Assembly (NCBI GenBank): GCA_964510885.1
Contig: CAZEDL010000003.1
Location: 31,686 to 95,685, forward strand
Direction of reading: 5' to 3'
DNA from: an uncultured Gammaproteobacteria bacterium
GTDB taxonomy: Bacteria > Patescibacteriota > Patescibacteriia > Magasanikbacterales > GWA2-37-8
Length of the DNA stretch: 64,000 bases
A program made the position numbers and the translations under genes. The notes under the pieces are model-generated. The model saw only the letters and a list, made by a program, of their open reading frames with translations, was not told where the DNA came from and ran no database searches. Shown here one piece after another: positions 36,887 through 47,859 of this stretch (the first letter of the stretch is position 1; each line of letters starts with the position of its first letter).

Positions 36887-36891
36887 TTGGT

Positions 36892-38298
36892 ATGTTTTCA
36901 CGATTACTCGGCTTCGTTAAAATTCGACCCGTTGCCGTTATCGTAGTGGCCGCTCTCTTACTACGCGTTCTCATTTTTTTAAGTGTCGCCAATCAGTATC
37001 AGTTTGATAGCGAGCGGGTTGCGGGGCATCTAGCAGCGGATGGGTACTATCAGATCGCCGAAAATTTGCGGCAGCACGGTATCTTTTCGCTTAATTCAAG
37101 TGAGCCGCTGCTTCCGGACTCGTTCCGCACGCCGGGGTATCCGCTATTATTGTGGCTTAGCTTGGTGGTGAGTGGTACGGTAGTGCCACTGGTGATTGTG
37201 CAGATTATGGCCGCCGGTGCCATACTTGGGCTCACAGCCCGGCTGGCAGAGCGAATCGGTGTGTCGGGGTGGGTTAGAATATGTATCTTGCTTGTTCTCG
37301 CTATTGATCCGCTCGGGCTTAGTTTGTCGATAAAATTATTAACTGAAATATTTTTTACACTATTCTTTTTACTTGGGGTTGAGCAAGTCTTAGTATTTAT
37401 GGAAGATTTGCACAGGACAGGTGTCGATCGCCCTTGGTATAAGGGTGCAGCGTTTCGGGCTGGAGCGTGGTTCGGGATAGCCACTCTGTTTCGGCCTACC
37501 ACCATGTACTTTGCGATTGCTTTTTCAGTGTTGTGGATTTTATATCGTCTGATTCGAAGGGTTCCGTTCCGGCTGAGGAGCGTTGCGTTATTTTTTGTGG
37601 TGTCTACTGTGCCGCTTGTGCCCTGGATGGTTCGGAATTACCTGGCCTTTGGAGTGTTTAGTTATTCATCGGCCAAAGAGCATGTGGCGTATGCGACACT
37701 CGCTCCGTCGATCTTGATGAGAGTAGAACACCGGCCATATATTGAGGTACAGCGAGATTGGTTTACCAGCCATGGTTTTTCTGAGTTACCGGCTCCGACG
37801 GTGGCTACGGCCCCCTGGTTTAAAGAAAAGGTTACGGCTGTTATAAAGCAGCATCGGCGTGAGTTTGCAGAAGTAGCCGGCATTAGTGTACTAACTTTTT
37901 TTACCCATGACGGAGCGTTGGATTTATTAACGCTGCTTCATCCGAATCAGAAATTGGCCGGTATGTCCTCAGTGTTAGCTATGATGCATATGCCGATTAC
38001 CGAACAGGTACGTTCGGTTGCAAAGTTTCTATCTTCGCCGGCGGCTGCGGTGGTGGTTGCCCGGATGATCTGGAGTATGTTTGCCCTCGGCTTTGTGACC
38101 ACGATAGGGTATCTGGTTATTAGACGTCGATTGACGATTGGAGTAGCTTTTTTTGTTTTAGCTATCGGGTATTTTAGCGCCACCACCTTGACAAATGGGG
38201 TGGCAGTGAACGCCCGGTTTCGGTTCCCGGTGGATAGCCTGTTACTGATAGTGGTTGGCGCCGGAGTAGCTGCTTTTGGAGGCCGCAGGGCGACTTGA
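36892..38298 (+). CDS. GT-C superfamily membrane glycosyltransferase (ArnT/PMT, GT39/GT83-like)
   Basis: About 12 TM. The first periplasmic loop has DGYYQIAENL...FRTPGYPLLL, which is characteristic of polyprenyl-phosphate-sugar-dependent transferases. It is a paralogue of 58631. Confidence 0.7.
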   Translation: MFSRLLGFVKIRPVAVIVVAALLLRVLIFLSVANQYQFDSERVAGHLAADGYYQIAENLRQHGIFSLNSSEPLLPDSFRTPGYPLLLWLSLVVSGTVVPLVIVQIMAAGAILGLTARLAERIGVSGWVRICILLVLAIDPLGLSLSIKLLTEIFFTLFFLLGVEQVLVFMEDLHRTGVDRPWYKGAAFRAGAWFGIATLFRPTTMYFAIAFSVLWILYRLIRRVPFRLRSVALFFVVSTVPLVPWMVRNYLAFGVFSYSSAKEHVAYATLAPSILMRVEHRPYIEVQRDWFTSHGFSELPAPTVATAPWFKEKVTAVIKQHRREFAEVAGISVLTFFTHDGALDLLTLLHPNQKLAGMSSVLAMMHMPITEQVRSVAKFLSSPAAAVVVARMIWSMFALGFVTTIGYLVIRRRLTIGVAFFVLAIGYFSATTLTNGVAVNARFRFPVDSLLLIVVGAGVAAFGGRRAT

Positions 38299-38348
38299 AA
38301 GGCAGGGATTTTTTTGGTAGAATATAAAGAAATTTAGCCTTATTTCCT

Positions 38349-39050
38349 ATGCTCACGTTGTCGATTGTTATCCCGGTTTTTAATGAAAAAAATACGATTT
38401 TAAAACTGCTTGAAGCGGTGGAAGCTGTAGGGTTGCCTATGCTGCAAAAACAAGTTGTGATTGTTGATGATTGTTCCACGGATGGCACGCGCGATATTTT
38501 ACACACATTGAAGGGAGATTCTTACAAAATTTTGTTCCAGGAAAAAAATCAGGGCAAAGGGGCGGCACTCCGGCGCGGTTTTGCCGAAGCAACCGGAGAT
38601 TTTATTATTATCCAGGATGCAGACCTTGAGTATGATCCGGCTGAATATCCATTACTCCTCGAACCCTTATTATCAGGCAAAGCTGATGCGGTGTTCGGGT
38701 CACGTTTTATCGGCGACCGGGCGCATCGGATTTTATTTTTTTGGCACTCGGTAGGCAACAAGTTTTTGACCTTGTTGTCGAATATGCTGACCAACCTGAA
38801 TTTAACCGATATGGAGGTATGTTATAAAGCATTCACTCGCGGGGCCATGAAAAAGATTCTGCCAACTCTCACCTCTAATCGGTTTAATATTGAGCCCGAG
38901 CTTGCTGCCCGGGTGGCCCAGGCGCACCTGCGTTTGTATGAAGTGGGGATTTCGTATCATGGACGCACCTATGCCGAAGGCAAAAAGATTGGTTGGAAAG
39001 ATGGCGTCAGTGCTATTTGGTCAATTTTTAAATTTAACTTGTTCTCGTAA
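38349..39050 (+). CDS. GT2 polyprenyl-phosphate sugar synthase (DPM1/ArnC-like)
   Basis: [10 protein letters not shown]...[11 protein letters not shown]...[11 protein letters not shown]...[10 protein letters not shown]. The DxD and GT-A features are present. Confidence 0.85.
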   Translation: MLTLSIVIPVFNEKNTILKLLEAVEAVGLPMLQKQVVIVDDCSTDGTRDILHTLKGDSYKILFQEKNQGKGAALRRGFAEATGDFIIIQDADLEYDPAEYPLLLEPLLSGKADAVFGSRFIGDRAHRILFFWHSVGNKFLTLLSNMLTNLNLTDMEVCYKAFTRGAMKKILPTLTSNRFNIEPELAARVAQAHLRLYEVGISYHGRTYAEGKKIGWKDGVSAIWSIFKFNLFS

Positions 39051-39061
39051 TTTTAGGGGGT

Positions 39062-39907
39062 ATGCCAGAGCAGTCCTTGCAAACTCGCATTCAAGCTTGG
39101 TGGAATGATAATCCGTTTATTTATAGTTTTGAAAAAACAGAGCCAGATCTGACTCCTCATTTTTTCGCCGAGATCAACCGCAAATTTATCAAATGGACGC
39201 CCTGGACACAAACTGACGACCGACCTCTCTCGGGAGTGATTGATTTTACAGCTTTGAAAGGTAAACGCGTGCTTGATATTGCAATCGGTACTGGCTGGAG
39301 CACCGAGCGATTCGTGCGCGCTGGAGCAGTGGCAACCGGCCTTGATTTAACGCCCAAGGCCATTGAGATTTCTAAGGTCCGCTTTAAACAAGCTGGGTTG
39401 CCTGAGCCAGAATTGATAGTTGGTGATGCCCAGCATTTGCCCTTTGCCGAGGGAACTTTTGATTTTGTACTGGCGTGGGGCTGCCTCATGCATATGCCAG
39501 ATACGCAGCAAGCGATTAATGAAATTCATCGCGTGCTGAAACCGGGTGGTAAAGCGGCTGCCATGATGTACAACAAACATTCGCTTCACTGGTGGTATTA
39601 CATTTTTTTAAGCAAAGGAATTTTACGCGGCAAGCTGTTGTCAATGAGTCGACAGGAATTGAGCAATCGCTATACAGATGGCGTATACCAGGGCGGTAAT
39701 CAGTTAACTAAGTTTTTCAGTTCGAATGAAGTAGGTGAGTTGTTTAAAAAATTCACTTCTTGCCAAGTGTCGGTGCATGATACCACCACCCCGATTGATC
39801 ATTTTCCGCACCGCCGGTTGCCGCTCGGGAGTTTGTTGCCGCGGCGTTGGCGCGAATATCTCGCGACTAAATTTGGCCAAAGTTTATGGATACAGGTAAC
39901 TAAATAA
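39062..39907 (+). CDS. Class I SAM-dependent methyltransferase
   Basis: VLDIAIGTGWST, GDAQHLPFAEGTFDFV, VLKPGGKAAAMMYN. Confidence 0.75.
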   Translation: MPEQSLQTRIQAWWNDNPFIYSFEKTEPDLTPHFFAEINRKFIKWTPWTQTDDRPLSGVIDFTALKGKRVLDIAIGTGWSTERFVRAGAVATGLDLTPKAIEISKVRFKQAGLPEPELIVGDAQHLPFAEGTFDFVLAWGCLMHMPDTQQAINEIHRVLKPGGKAAAMMYNKHSLHWWYYIFLSKGILRGKLLSMSRQELSNRYTDGVYQGGNQLTKFFSSNEVGELFKKFTSCQVSVHDTTTPIDHFPHRRLPLGSLLPRRWREYLATKFGQSLWIQVTK

Positions 39908-39923
39908 CTAGCCGGTACGAATT

Positions 39924-41273
39924 ATGAGCGCTCTTCAGCTCGCTAAACAATTCTGCCATAGACACGCCGCACCGATTATCGTGGCGGTGTCTTTTTTTCT
40001 GGTTTTTGGGTATGCACTATGGCATCAGATTGAGCCAGCGGTGGATGCCTATGCCTATGACCAAATTGCCCAGAATATTGTAGCCGGGCACGGTTTTAAA
40101 GAATTGCCCGAGGTTGATTTTGATCATGATATGGCGATTACCCGCGCTGGCCCGGGGTATGAATATTTTTTGGCAGGTATCTTTCGCGTGTTTGGACATC
40201 ACTATGCAGTAGTTTGGTTTATCCAAGCGCTCTTACATGCGCTTACCGCCTATATTATTATTCTCATGGGGAGGCGATTGTGGCCAGAGCGCTCAAAAAT
40301 TGCTTTGTTAGCTGGGATTATATTTGGTTGGCATCCTGACCTGATTGAAATTGGGTCGATGCTGATGACCGAAACCCTGTATTTGTTCTTGGTGACGGTG
40401 CCGGTGTATCTGTTTATCCGGCTATACCAGGAACCGATGCAGTCGTTGAAATGGTCCGTATATATGGGAGTGAGCCTGGTCTTGGCGATTTTGAGTCGGC
40501 CAACGGTGGTACTCTTTGTACCGATTATGGGGCTGTGGTATTGGTGTAATAGGCAGTTCAAGGCTGCGGCTCTGCTCCTTATCATTTTGACTGCCGGATT
40601 AACGCCGTGGACACTACGCAACTGGTATCGGTTTCATGAGTTTATCCCGACTACCCTGATTGGTTCGTATAATATTTGGCTCGGCAATACGCTCGAGAGT
40701 GTGGGCGGTCAATTTTCGGCTGAAAAAAATCCACTGAATGATTTTGCAGCCGCCCATGGATATGTCGCGATGAAGTATGAAGCCAGTCGACAATTTAAGC
40801 AGTTTATTGTTACTCATCCGGTTAGTTTTATTCACTTATCATTTGTCAGAGTGGTGAGGTATTTCAGTTTAATTAGGCCAATGGGTTTTTGGTTTTATCA
40901 GCATGGATTACCGCAGCTTATTTTTGTTGTCTGTTCAGCGACGGCAATTGCACTGCTCTGGGTCAGTGGTTTTTCAGGGCTGATTGGGTGGTGGGGTAAA
41001 CGCGACACGTTGCTGCGTTACCTCATAGCTTTGGCTATTACTGCACCACTGCCGTTATTGTTAACCGTTGTACAATCGCGGTATCGATTTCAAATTTATC
41101 CCTTTTTGGCGCTTAGCGGCGCCTGGTGGCTGGCTTCTTGGCGACAGGATTTGAGGTTGCGATATATTGGGTATGGGGTAGTAGCGAGTTTGCTAGTTAT
41201 AAGTCTGATCGATGCTCGGGTATTTTTACCCGTTATTATAGAGCGGCTACATCAGATTGGATTGTTTATTTAA
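39924..41273 (+). CDS. GT-C superfamily membrane glycosyltransferase (ArnT/PMT-like)
   Basis: Polytopic protein whose N-terminal loop has DAYAYDQIAQNIVAGHGF... and a conserved Arg/Pro-rich TM pattern. Confidence 0.7.
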   Translation: MSALQLAKQFCHRHAAPIIVAVSFFLVFGYALWHQIEPAVDAYAYDQIAQNIVAGHGFKELPEVDFDHDMAITRAGPGYEYFLAGIFRVFGHHYAVVWFIQALLHALTAYIIILMGRRLWPERSKIALLAGIIFGWHPDLIEIGSMLMTETLYLFLVTVPVYLFIRLYQEPMQSLKWSVYMGVSLVLAILSRPTVVLFVPIMGLWYWCNRQFKAAALLLIILTAGLTPWTLRNWYRFHEFIPTTLIGSYNIWLGNTLESVGGQFSAEKNPLNDFAAAHGYVAMKYEASRQFKQFIVTHPVSFIHLSFVRVVRYFSLIRPMGFWFYQHGLPQLIFVVCSATAIALLWVSGFSGLIGWWGKRDTLLRYLIALAITAPLPLLLTVVQSRYRFQIYPFLALSGAWWLASWRQDLRLRYIGYGVVASLLVISLIDARVFLPVIIERLHQIGLFI

Positions 41274-41277
41274 AGGT

Positions 41278-43158
41278 ATGTGCGGAATTAACGGTTTTAC
41301 TTTTAGTGATGAACAGCTGGTTGCTCGCATGAATGCAGTGACGCAGCATCGGGGCCCCGATCAAACTCGATCGGTAGTATTGCCGCGCATTTCTTTTGGT
41401 CATAACCGTTTGGCGATTATTGATTTGAGCCCGCGTGGCAGCCAGCCGATGTGGGATGCTGCTAAAGAACTGGTGATCGTATTCAACGGAGAAATCTATA
41501 ATTATAAAGAATTAAAAAAGGAACTGCAGACTGATTTTCAATTTCAGTCTGATAGTGACACCGAAGTGATTCTGTATGCGTATAAAAAATATGGGGCCGA
41601 GTGTTTGCATAAGTTGAATGGTATTTTTGCCTTTGCGATTTGGAACGAGCGTACGGCCGAATTATTTGTGGCTCGCGACCGCATGGGCGTTAATCCGTTT
41701 TATTATTATGAAGATAATCGAGGGTTAATTTTTTCTTCGGAAATAAAAGCGATTTTTGAACATGGGGTGCCACGCAGTGTGGATAGACAGGCATTCAACC
41801 TTTATTTTCAGCTTCTCTATGTGCCGGAACCCTTGACCATGTTTGCCGGTATTAAGAAATTACCGGCTGCAAGTTATGGTGTGTGGAGGGCTGGCCAGCA
41901 GCTTGAGGTTAAGCGCTATTGGTCGGTAACCAATTTTTCTAATTTTGAAAATAAATCAGAGACTGTTCAGTCTATTAAATCTACCTTTACTGCTGCAGTT
42001 AACGATCAGTTGGTGTCAGACAGGCCAGTCGGTGTTTTTTTAAGTGGTGGTATGGATTCAACCGCGGTGCTCGGAGCGGCGGCTGGAGCAGTGTCTGGCC
42101 CGATAAAAACATTTTCTGTTGGTTTTACAGACAGTCTTAATCCAGAGAAGTTTAATGCTGATGCAATGCTGGCGCAAAAAACCGCTGCCTATTATGGTGC
42201 CAATCATACTGAACTTATGATTGGGCCGACCGATATCAAAAATAATTTAGAAAAAATTGCCTGGCATCTGGATGAGCCAAATAGTAATCCAACTGCTGGA
42301 GCGATGTATTTATTGGCGCAAGAGGCAAAAAAACAGGTGGCGGTAGTACTCGGAGGAGATGGTGGGGATGAATTATTTGGTGGTTATCCGCGTTATTTTT
42401 ATAGCCGATTAATAACTCTGTTCCAGCGCTCACCACGGGCTTTGCAGGCAGTGTTAGTGGGTGCCGGCGGGTTGATAGGGGGTAGTCGAGTTAGAAAGGC
42501 GCTTCTCACCGGGCCCGGTGCTGAGCGAATTACCTTGTTTCTAGGGCAAAAGAAATCAGAATGGGGGCAATTTTTGGCGGCTGGAATTCAGGAGCCTGGA
42601 GCGAGCGAGCGCTATATTGCGGAGCGATTTTTTACTGATGCAACCTTTACCGGACAAGCTGATTTTGCCGTTGATTTTGAAAAATATTTTATGCAGGTTG
42701 ATCGCCAGAGCTGGCTGGTGGATGAATCGCTCCAGCGTACTAATAAAATGTGCTTGGGTTTTGGGCTCGAACCGCGGGTGCCGGTGCTTGATTATCAGTT
42801 GGTAGAATTGTCGGCCCGGATTCCATCACGTTGGAAGTTTGGAATAATTGGTAATAGCGGCCGTCAATTTCAAGGTAAACAGATTTGGAAACAGGCGATT
42901 GAAGGCTACTTGCCAGCTCATGTCAGAGACCAGCAGAAACGCGGCTGGTTTACCCCGATGTCCAAATGGATGCGCGGCGGGCTCAAAGATACGGTGGAGA
43001 CTATGTTGTCACCGAGTGAGCTGTCATCAGAATTTTTTGACCCAGCGGGTGTGCAGACGTTGCTTACAGAACATATGGAGAGTAAGGCGTATCATTTGCC
43101 GAGCCTGTGGGCGCTCGTGATGTGGCAGTTATGGTATCGAACATTTATTAAAAAATAG
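41278..43158 (+). CDS. Asparagine synthase (glutamine-hydrolysing) family amidotransferase
   Basis: N-terminal nucleophile MCGI(NGF), GPD, and the PP-loop SGGMDST. Start at ATG 41278, which gives Cys2. Confidence 0.85.
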   Translation: MCGINGFTFSDEQLVARMNAVTQHRGPDQTRSVVLPRISFGHNRLAIIDLSPRGSQPMWDAAKELVIVFNGEIYNYKELKKELQTDFQFQSDSDTEVILYAYKKYGAECLHKLNGIFAFAIWNERTAELFVARDRMGVNPFYYYEDNRGLIFSSEIKAIFEHGVPRSVDRQAFNLYFQLLYVPEPLTMFAGIKKLPAASYGVWRAGQQLEVKRYWSVTNFSNFENKSETVQSIKSTFTAAVNDQLVSDRPVGVFLSGGMDSTAVLGAAAGAVSGPIKTFSVGFTDSLNPEKFNADAMLAQKTAAYYGANHTELMIGPTDIKNNLEKIAWHLDEPNSNPTAGAMYLLAQEAKKQVAVVLGGDGGDELFGGYPRYFYSRLITLFQRSPRALQAVLVGAGGLIGGSRVRKALLTGPGAERITLFLGQKKSEWGQFLAAGIQEPGASERYIAERFFTDATFTGQADFAVDFEKYFMQVDRQSWLVDESLQRTNKMCLGFGLEPRVPVLDYQLVELSARIPSRWKFGIIGNSGRQFQGKQIWKQAIEGYLPAHVRDQQKRGWFTPMSKWMRGGLKDTVETMLSPSELSSEFFDPAGVQTLLTEHMESKAYHLPSLWALVMWQLWYRTFIKK

Positions 43159-43163
43159 GATAT

Positions 43164-43865
43164 ATGGGAGAAGGTGTATTATCGGTGGTAATCCCGGTCT
43201 ATAATGAGGCCAAGACTATTCAACTGGTGGTTGATAAGGTTCGCGCTGCAGCAACACCCGGGATGACCAAAGAAATTATTATTGTTGATGATGGTTCGAC
43301 GGACGGCACACGCGAGGTGATCGCTGCTTTCACTGATTGCAAAATTATTTTGCAGGATACCAATCAAGGCAAAGGGGCGGCTCTGCGCCGCGGTTTTGCA
43401 GCGGCTACGGGGGGGTGGGTGATTGTGCAGGATGCTGATCTTGAATATGACCCCGCTGACTATGCGGCGTTGCTCACTGTGGCCAGAGAAAAAGGTGTTA
43501 GTGTTGTCTACGGATCGCGACTGCGCGGCCGATCATGGCGGGAGATTAAAACGTCAGGATTTGGATTTTTACTCGGTGGCCTTTTTTTGACTGCGTTGAC
43601 TGATATATTGTATGCAGCACGATTGACCGATGAACCAACCTGTTACAAATTATTCCGGCGTGAAGTGCTCTCCACGATACCGTTATCGTGCCAGCGGTTT
43701 GAATTTTGCCCAGAAGTAACGGCCAAAATTTTAAAACGGCATATTAAGATTGCTGAAGCCCCGATTCATTATTATCCCCGCACGGTGGCACAGGGTAAAA
43801 AGATACGATTGCGTGATGGATGGGATGCGATTTGGACGTTGATTAAATACCGTTTTGTTGATTAA
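43164..43865 (+). CDS. GT2 polyprenyl-phosphate sugar synthase (DPM1/ArnC-like), paralogue of 38349
   Basis: [10 protein letters not shown]...[11 protein letters not shown]...[11 protein letters not shown]...[10 protein letters not shown]. Confidence 0.85.
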   Translation: MGEGVLSVVIPVYNEAKTIQLVVDKVRAAATPGMTKEIIIVDDGSTDGTREVIAAFTDCKIILQDTNQGKGAALRRGFAAATGGWVIVQDADLEYDPADYAALLTVAREKGVSVVYGSRLRGRSWREIKTSGFGFLLGGLFLTALTDILYAARLTDEPTCYKLFRREVLSTIPLSCQRFEFCPEVTAKILKRHIKIAEAPIHYYPRTVAQGKKIRLRDGWDAIWTLIKYRFVD

Positions 43866-43874
43866 TGCGCGCCT

Positions 43875-45023
43875 ATGGAGATTATTTATCCAGCCGTGAT
43901 TAGATTCCCAACCGAGAAAGCACACGGCATTCAGATTGCGAAAACTGTCGAAGCGCTCGCAGCGCTTGGGCATTCTGTGACGTTGATAATCCCTGATCGT
44001 CAAAACGAAATAGTGGCTGATCCAGTTGTTTTTTACGGTTTAAAACAGGCTATTTTGGTAAAAAAGGTGTGGTGTGTTGATTTGTTTAAGTTGGGTTTGA
44101 AACACTCGATAGGATACGCAGTGCTCACCCTCACATTTGTATGGTCGCTGTTATTAACCTTATCGCTTAAACATAATTCGTCACGAATTTATTATACTCG
44201 TGATTGGTTTGTGGCACTGGTTTTATCTTTTTTTACCGCTCAGGTACATTATGAAATCCATACTATTCCAAGTCGGGTTAGGTGGTGGCATCGGGCTGCA
44301 TGGCGCCGGAGTCGGGGTATTGTGGCTATTAGCGAAGGTCTGAAGCAGGTGTTGGTAGCTGAAGGGGTGGCGCACGATAAAATTTTAATAGCTCATGATG
44401 GTGTTGATCTGTCTGAGTTTGTGAGTACATTGAATCAGCGAGAGTGCCGGCATCAGCTTAATCTGCCGGTTAATAAAAAAATTGTTGTGTATCTCGGCCA
44501 GCTCTATGCCTGGAAAGGCGCGCCGATTTTGGCTGAAGCCAGTAAGCAGCTGGTTGATTTAAAAGATGTTTTAGTTTGTATCGTCGGAGGATCGGCTTTA
44601 GAAGTTGCTGATTTTAAATCCCGTTGGCCACATGATACGCTCTGTCTGCCTGGGAGGCAGTCGCGCGATCTGGCTCCACTGTGGCTTGGGGCGGCTGATG
44701 TTTTGGTGGTGCCTAATAGTGCTAAAGATAAGATGGCTAGCATATTTACTTCGCCGCTCAAATTATTTGAATATTTAGCAGTTGGTAAGCCTATTATCGC
44801 AAGCGATGTACCGGCGCTAAGAGCGGTCTTAAAAGAAGGGGTTGCCACATGGGTTAATCCCGATGATGCAATAGAGCTTGCGGCTGGAATTAAGAAAGTG
44901 CTTGGAGGGTACACAGAGGCTGCTAGAAGAGCGCAGTTAGGACAGGAGTTGGTTAAGGAGTATAGTTGGGAAAAACGTGCTCAGAAGATTAGTCTTTTTT
45001 TACAACGATCGATAGTGTGTTAG
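43875..45023 (+). CDS. GT4-family glycosyltransferase
   Basis: MEIIYPAVIRFPTEKAHGIQIAKTVEAL...GQLYAWKGAP... Confidence 0.8.
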   Translation: MEIIYPAVIRFPTEKAHGIQIAKTVEALAALGHSVTLIIPDRQNEIVADPVVFYGLKQAILVKKVWCVDLFKLGLKHSIGYAVLTLTFVWSLLLTLSLKHNSSRIYYTRDWFVALVLSFFTAQVHYEIHTIPSRVRWWHRAAWRRSRGIVAISEGLKQVLVAEGVAHDKILIAHDGVDLSEFVSTLNQRECRHQLNLPVNKKIVVYLGQLYAWKGAPILAEASKQLVDLKDVLVCIVGGSALEVADFKSRWPHDTLCLPGRQSRDLAPLWLGAADVLVVPNSAKDKMASIFTSPLKLFEYLAVGKPIIASDVPALRAVLKEGVATWVNPDDAIELAAGIKKVLGGYTEAARRAQLGQELVKEYSWEKRAQKISLFLQRSIVC

Positions 45024-45092
45024 TATCGAAATTCCTTAATATTTAGTTGGGAAAAAACAGCTGAATTTTATATAAAATCAGCCAAAATTGCC

Positions 45093-45121
45093 TTGACACC
45101 CCAATCAAATTATTAGATAAT
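45093..45121 (+). promoter_or_regulatory. Near-consensus sigma-70 promoter inside the glycosylation island
   Basis: TTGACA-N17-GATAAT (ccttgacaccccaatcaaattattagataat), 38 nt upstream of the next ATG. Confidence 0.55.
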
Positions 45122-45158
45122 ATTCGGGTATTTAGATATTTGCATGTAATTTTCCGCT

Positions 45159-46115
45159 ATGATAAGGCCAAAAATTGGACAAAAAGGTGTGGGCTGGGTG
45201 GGTCGCCAAGTTATGAACTATTTTGTTGATACGCTTGGGTATCAGGTTGGAGTTGATTATTTTCCTTACGATATCGATAAAGGCAAAGAGTTTAATTATG
45301 ATGTAAATCAGGCTGATTGGGTTGTTATCACAGTCCCGTCACCTCGTCGGGCTGATGGGAGTTGTGATGTATCGATTGTGGAAGATAGTATTAAAGATAT
45401 TGCTGATGGCAAAGTGGTAATAATTAAATCCACCGTCATCCCTGGCACTTCGGAAAGGCTGCAGCAGCAGTATCCAGGAAAATTAATTTTGTTTAACCCG
45501 GAATTTTTGACCGAGTCGCAGGCGAAGCATGATTTTTTTTATCCAGATCGTCAAATTGTGGGTTACACTGACAAAAGTCGTGCCATGTCAAGTTTGGTAT
45601 TATCATTACTTCCTGATGCTTTTTTCACTGCGCCTGGCATGAGCGATTGTTATAAATGGACCAATGTTACAGCTACAGAAGCTGAGCTTGGTAAATATGC
45701 TTGTAATATTTTTGGCAGTATTAAAGTTACATTTGGCAACATCTTTGCTGATGTCTGTGAGGCGATGACCGAACAATATGCAGCTGCAAAAACAGGCAGT
45801 GCAGTAGATTATGAAAAAGTCCGCCTGATTATGGCTCATGATAAGCGGATTAAAGATTCTTGGCTCGATATTTATCGGGGTAGTTACCGGGGATTTGGTG
45901 GGTACTGCTTCCCCAAAGATTTAGAAGCGTTTATTCGTTTCTTAGAATTGATTATTCCAGCGGTTGAAGATCAGGCGTTGGCGGAGTGTCTGCGAAAAGG
46001 GGTCGCCCTGTTTCGGGCGGTGTGGGACTATAACACTGCAGTATTGAAAAGGCAGGGATTGACGGTTGAGCAAGTTGCTCTCCATATCGACCAAACTGTG
46101 GGTATTAAAAAATAA
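45159..46115 (+). CDS. Compact nucleotide-sugar dehydrogenase (UDP-glucose/GDP-mannose 6-dehydrogenase family), lacking most of the C-terminal domain
   Basis: GVGWVG Rossmann motif, NPEFLTE, and the catalytic Cys motif GFGGYCFPKD. It is only 318 aa, and the protein ends about 60 aa after the catalytic Cys. Confidence 0.7.
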   Translation: MIRPKIGQKGVGWVGRQVMNYFVDTLGYQVGVDYFPYDIDKGKEFNYDVNQADWVVITVPSPRRADGSCDVSIVEDSIKDIADGKVVIIKSTVIPGTSERLQQQYPGKLILFNPEFLTESQAKHDFFYPDRQIVGYTDKSRAMSSLVLSLLPDAFFTAPGMSDCYKWTNVTATEAELGKYACNIFGSIKVTFGNIFADVCEAMTEQYAAAKTGSAVDYEKVRLIMAHDKRIKDSWLDIYRGSYRGFGGYCFPKDLEAFIRFLELIIPAVEDQALAECLRKGVALFRAVWDYNTAVLKRQGLTVEQVALHIDQTVGIKK

Positions 46116-46128
46116 TTTTAAGCATGAT

Positions 46129-47100
46129 ATGCGCACTCTTATTACCGGTGGAGCTGGATTTATCGGTAGTCATTTGGCAGATAAGCTGATAGCGGCAGGT
46201 GATAGCGTAACGGTTTTTGATGATTTCTCCACGGGTAATCGCGCTAATATTAAGGCATTGTTAAAAAGCAATCGGTTTAAATTAGTAAAAGGGACGGTGC
46301 TTGATAAAAAAGCCCTGGCACCGCTAGTCAAAAAGTCTGACCGAATTTTTCATCTAGCGGCAGCGGTCGGGGTCAAGCTCGTGGTGGCTAAACCGCTTCA
46401 ATCTTTGATTACTAATTTAGATGGTACGCGGGTTGTACTGGATTTGGCGGCCAAACAAGGGTGTCTGACACTGATTGCTTCAACCTCTGAAGTGTACGGA
46501 AAAAATCCTAAACTGCCTTTTTCTGAGAATGATGATCGGGTGTATGGATCGGTATACCACGAACGCTGGGGCTATGCGCTGGCTAAAACAATCGATGAAT
46601 TAATGGGGGTATTATATTGGAGAGAAAAAAAATTGCCGACAGTGATGGTGCGATTTTTTAATACCACTGGGCCGCGTCAATCAAGCGCCTATGGTATGGT
46701 GGTGCCAACGTTTGTGCGCCAGGCCCTCGCTAACCAGCCATTGACTATTCATGCCGATGGTTTGCAGGTTAGATCGTTTAGTTATGTTGATGATATTGTG
46801 CGCGGCATCACTACTTTGATTGCTGCGCCCAAGGCGTACGGTGAAGTGATTAATCTTGGGTCTAATGAACCGGTAACTATTCGAGAGCTGGCCGAACGTA
46901 TTATTGCCAAAACAGACAGTCGGTCGAAGATTGTGTATGTGCCGTATCACAAAGCGTTTAATAAAACATTTGAAGATACCCCCAAACGTATCCCTGATAT
47001 TGCTAAAGCCAAACGATTAATTGGCTATCAACCTCAATTTTCTCTCGATATGATTCTCGATGAGGCGATTCGTTTTCAACGTCAATATGTAGCCAAATAA
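46129..47100 (+). CDS. NAD-dependent nucleotide-sugar epimerase/dehydratase (extended SDR; UXS/GalE-like)
   Basis: [16 protein letters not shown]..., STSEVYG, YALAKT. Start at ATG 46129. Confidence 0.85.
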   Translation: MRTLITGGAGFIGSHLADKLIAAGDSVTVFDDFSTGNRANIKALLKSNRFKLVKGTVLDKKALAPLVKKSDRIFHLAAAVGVKLVVAKPLQSLITNLDGTRVVLDLAAKQGCLTLIASTSEVYGKNPKLPFSENDDRVYGSVYHERWGYALAKTIDELMGVLYWREKKLPTVMVRFFNTTGPRQSSAYGMVVPTFVRQALANQPLTIHADGLQVRSFSYVDDIVRGITTLIAAPKAYGEVINLGSNEPVTIRELAERIIAKTDSRSKIVYVPYHKAFNKTFEDTPKRIPDIAKAKRLIGYQPQFSLDMILDEAIRFQRQYVAK

Positions 47101-47109
47101 AGACATTTT

Positions 47110-47850
47110 ATGCAGCCTTTTGTCTCGATCGTAATTCCTTGTTACAACGAAACCAAGCGCTTAGTAACTTTTTTTGATCCATGGATTAAGCGAGTAGACG
47201 CGACTGGTCTTGATTATGAGTGTCTACTTGTAGATGATGGTAGCCGCGATAGTACGTATATAGCTCTTCAAGAACGGGCAGCTATTAATCCGCGCCTTAA
47301 GCCTTTGACTCATCTGCCTAATCGCGGACGTGGTTATAGTGTACGTCAGGGAATGATGGCTGCTAACGGCCGATATATTTTTGAAACGGATGTTGATGGC
47401 TCATACGATGTGCCTGAGATGGTGCGGTTTATTAATTTTCTAGAGAGCCATCCGGAGTATGATATGGTGATTGCTTCGCGTGAGCAAAATGATGCCAAAG
47501 CATTGATTAATCAGCCGCCGCTTAGGATTGTGGCGGGTAAAATTTTTCATGCGCTATTCTTTTTATTTTTTGGAGGGGAATTCACTGATGTAATGGCTGG
47601 GTGCAAAATATACCGCCGGGATGCTGCCAAGGTTATTTTTTCGCATCAGTATGATAACGAATTTTTAGGAGCTGCAGAGACAGTATACGCTGCGAATAAA
47701 CTTGGTTTTAAGATAAAAGAATTACCGGTCACCTGGACCGATGATCCAGAAGGGTCAAAAGTTAACGCATGGCGCGCCGCCCGCCGTACGCTGATTGGCA
47801 TGATCCAGATGAAATGGCGGGGTCTACGGGGGATGTATCGACGAGTTTAA
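47110..47850 (+). CDS. GT2 glycosyltransferase (DPM1-like)
   Basis: VSIVIPCYNE...LLVDDGSRDST...NRGRGYSV...DVDGSYD. Confidence 0.8.
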   Translation: MQPFVSIVIPCYNETKRLVTFFDPWIKRVDATGLDYECLLVDDGSRDSTYIALQERAAINPRLKPLTHLPNRGRGYSVRQGMMAANGRYIFETDVDGSYDVPEMVRFINFLESHPEYDMVIASREQNDAKALINQPPLRIVAGKIFHALFFLFFGGEFTDVMAGCKIYRRDAAKVIFSHQYDNEFLGAAETVYAANKLGFKIKELPVTWTDDPEGSKVNAWRAARRTLIGMIQMKWRGLRGMYRRV

Positions 47851-47859
47851 TAGTGCCCT

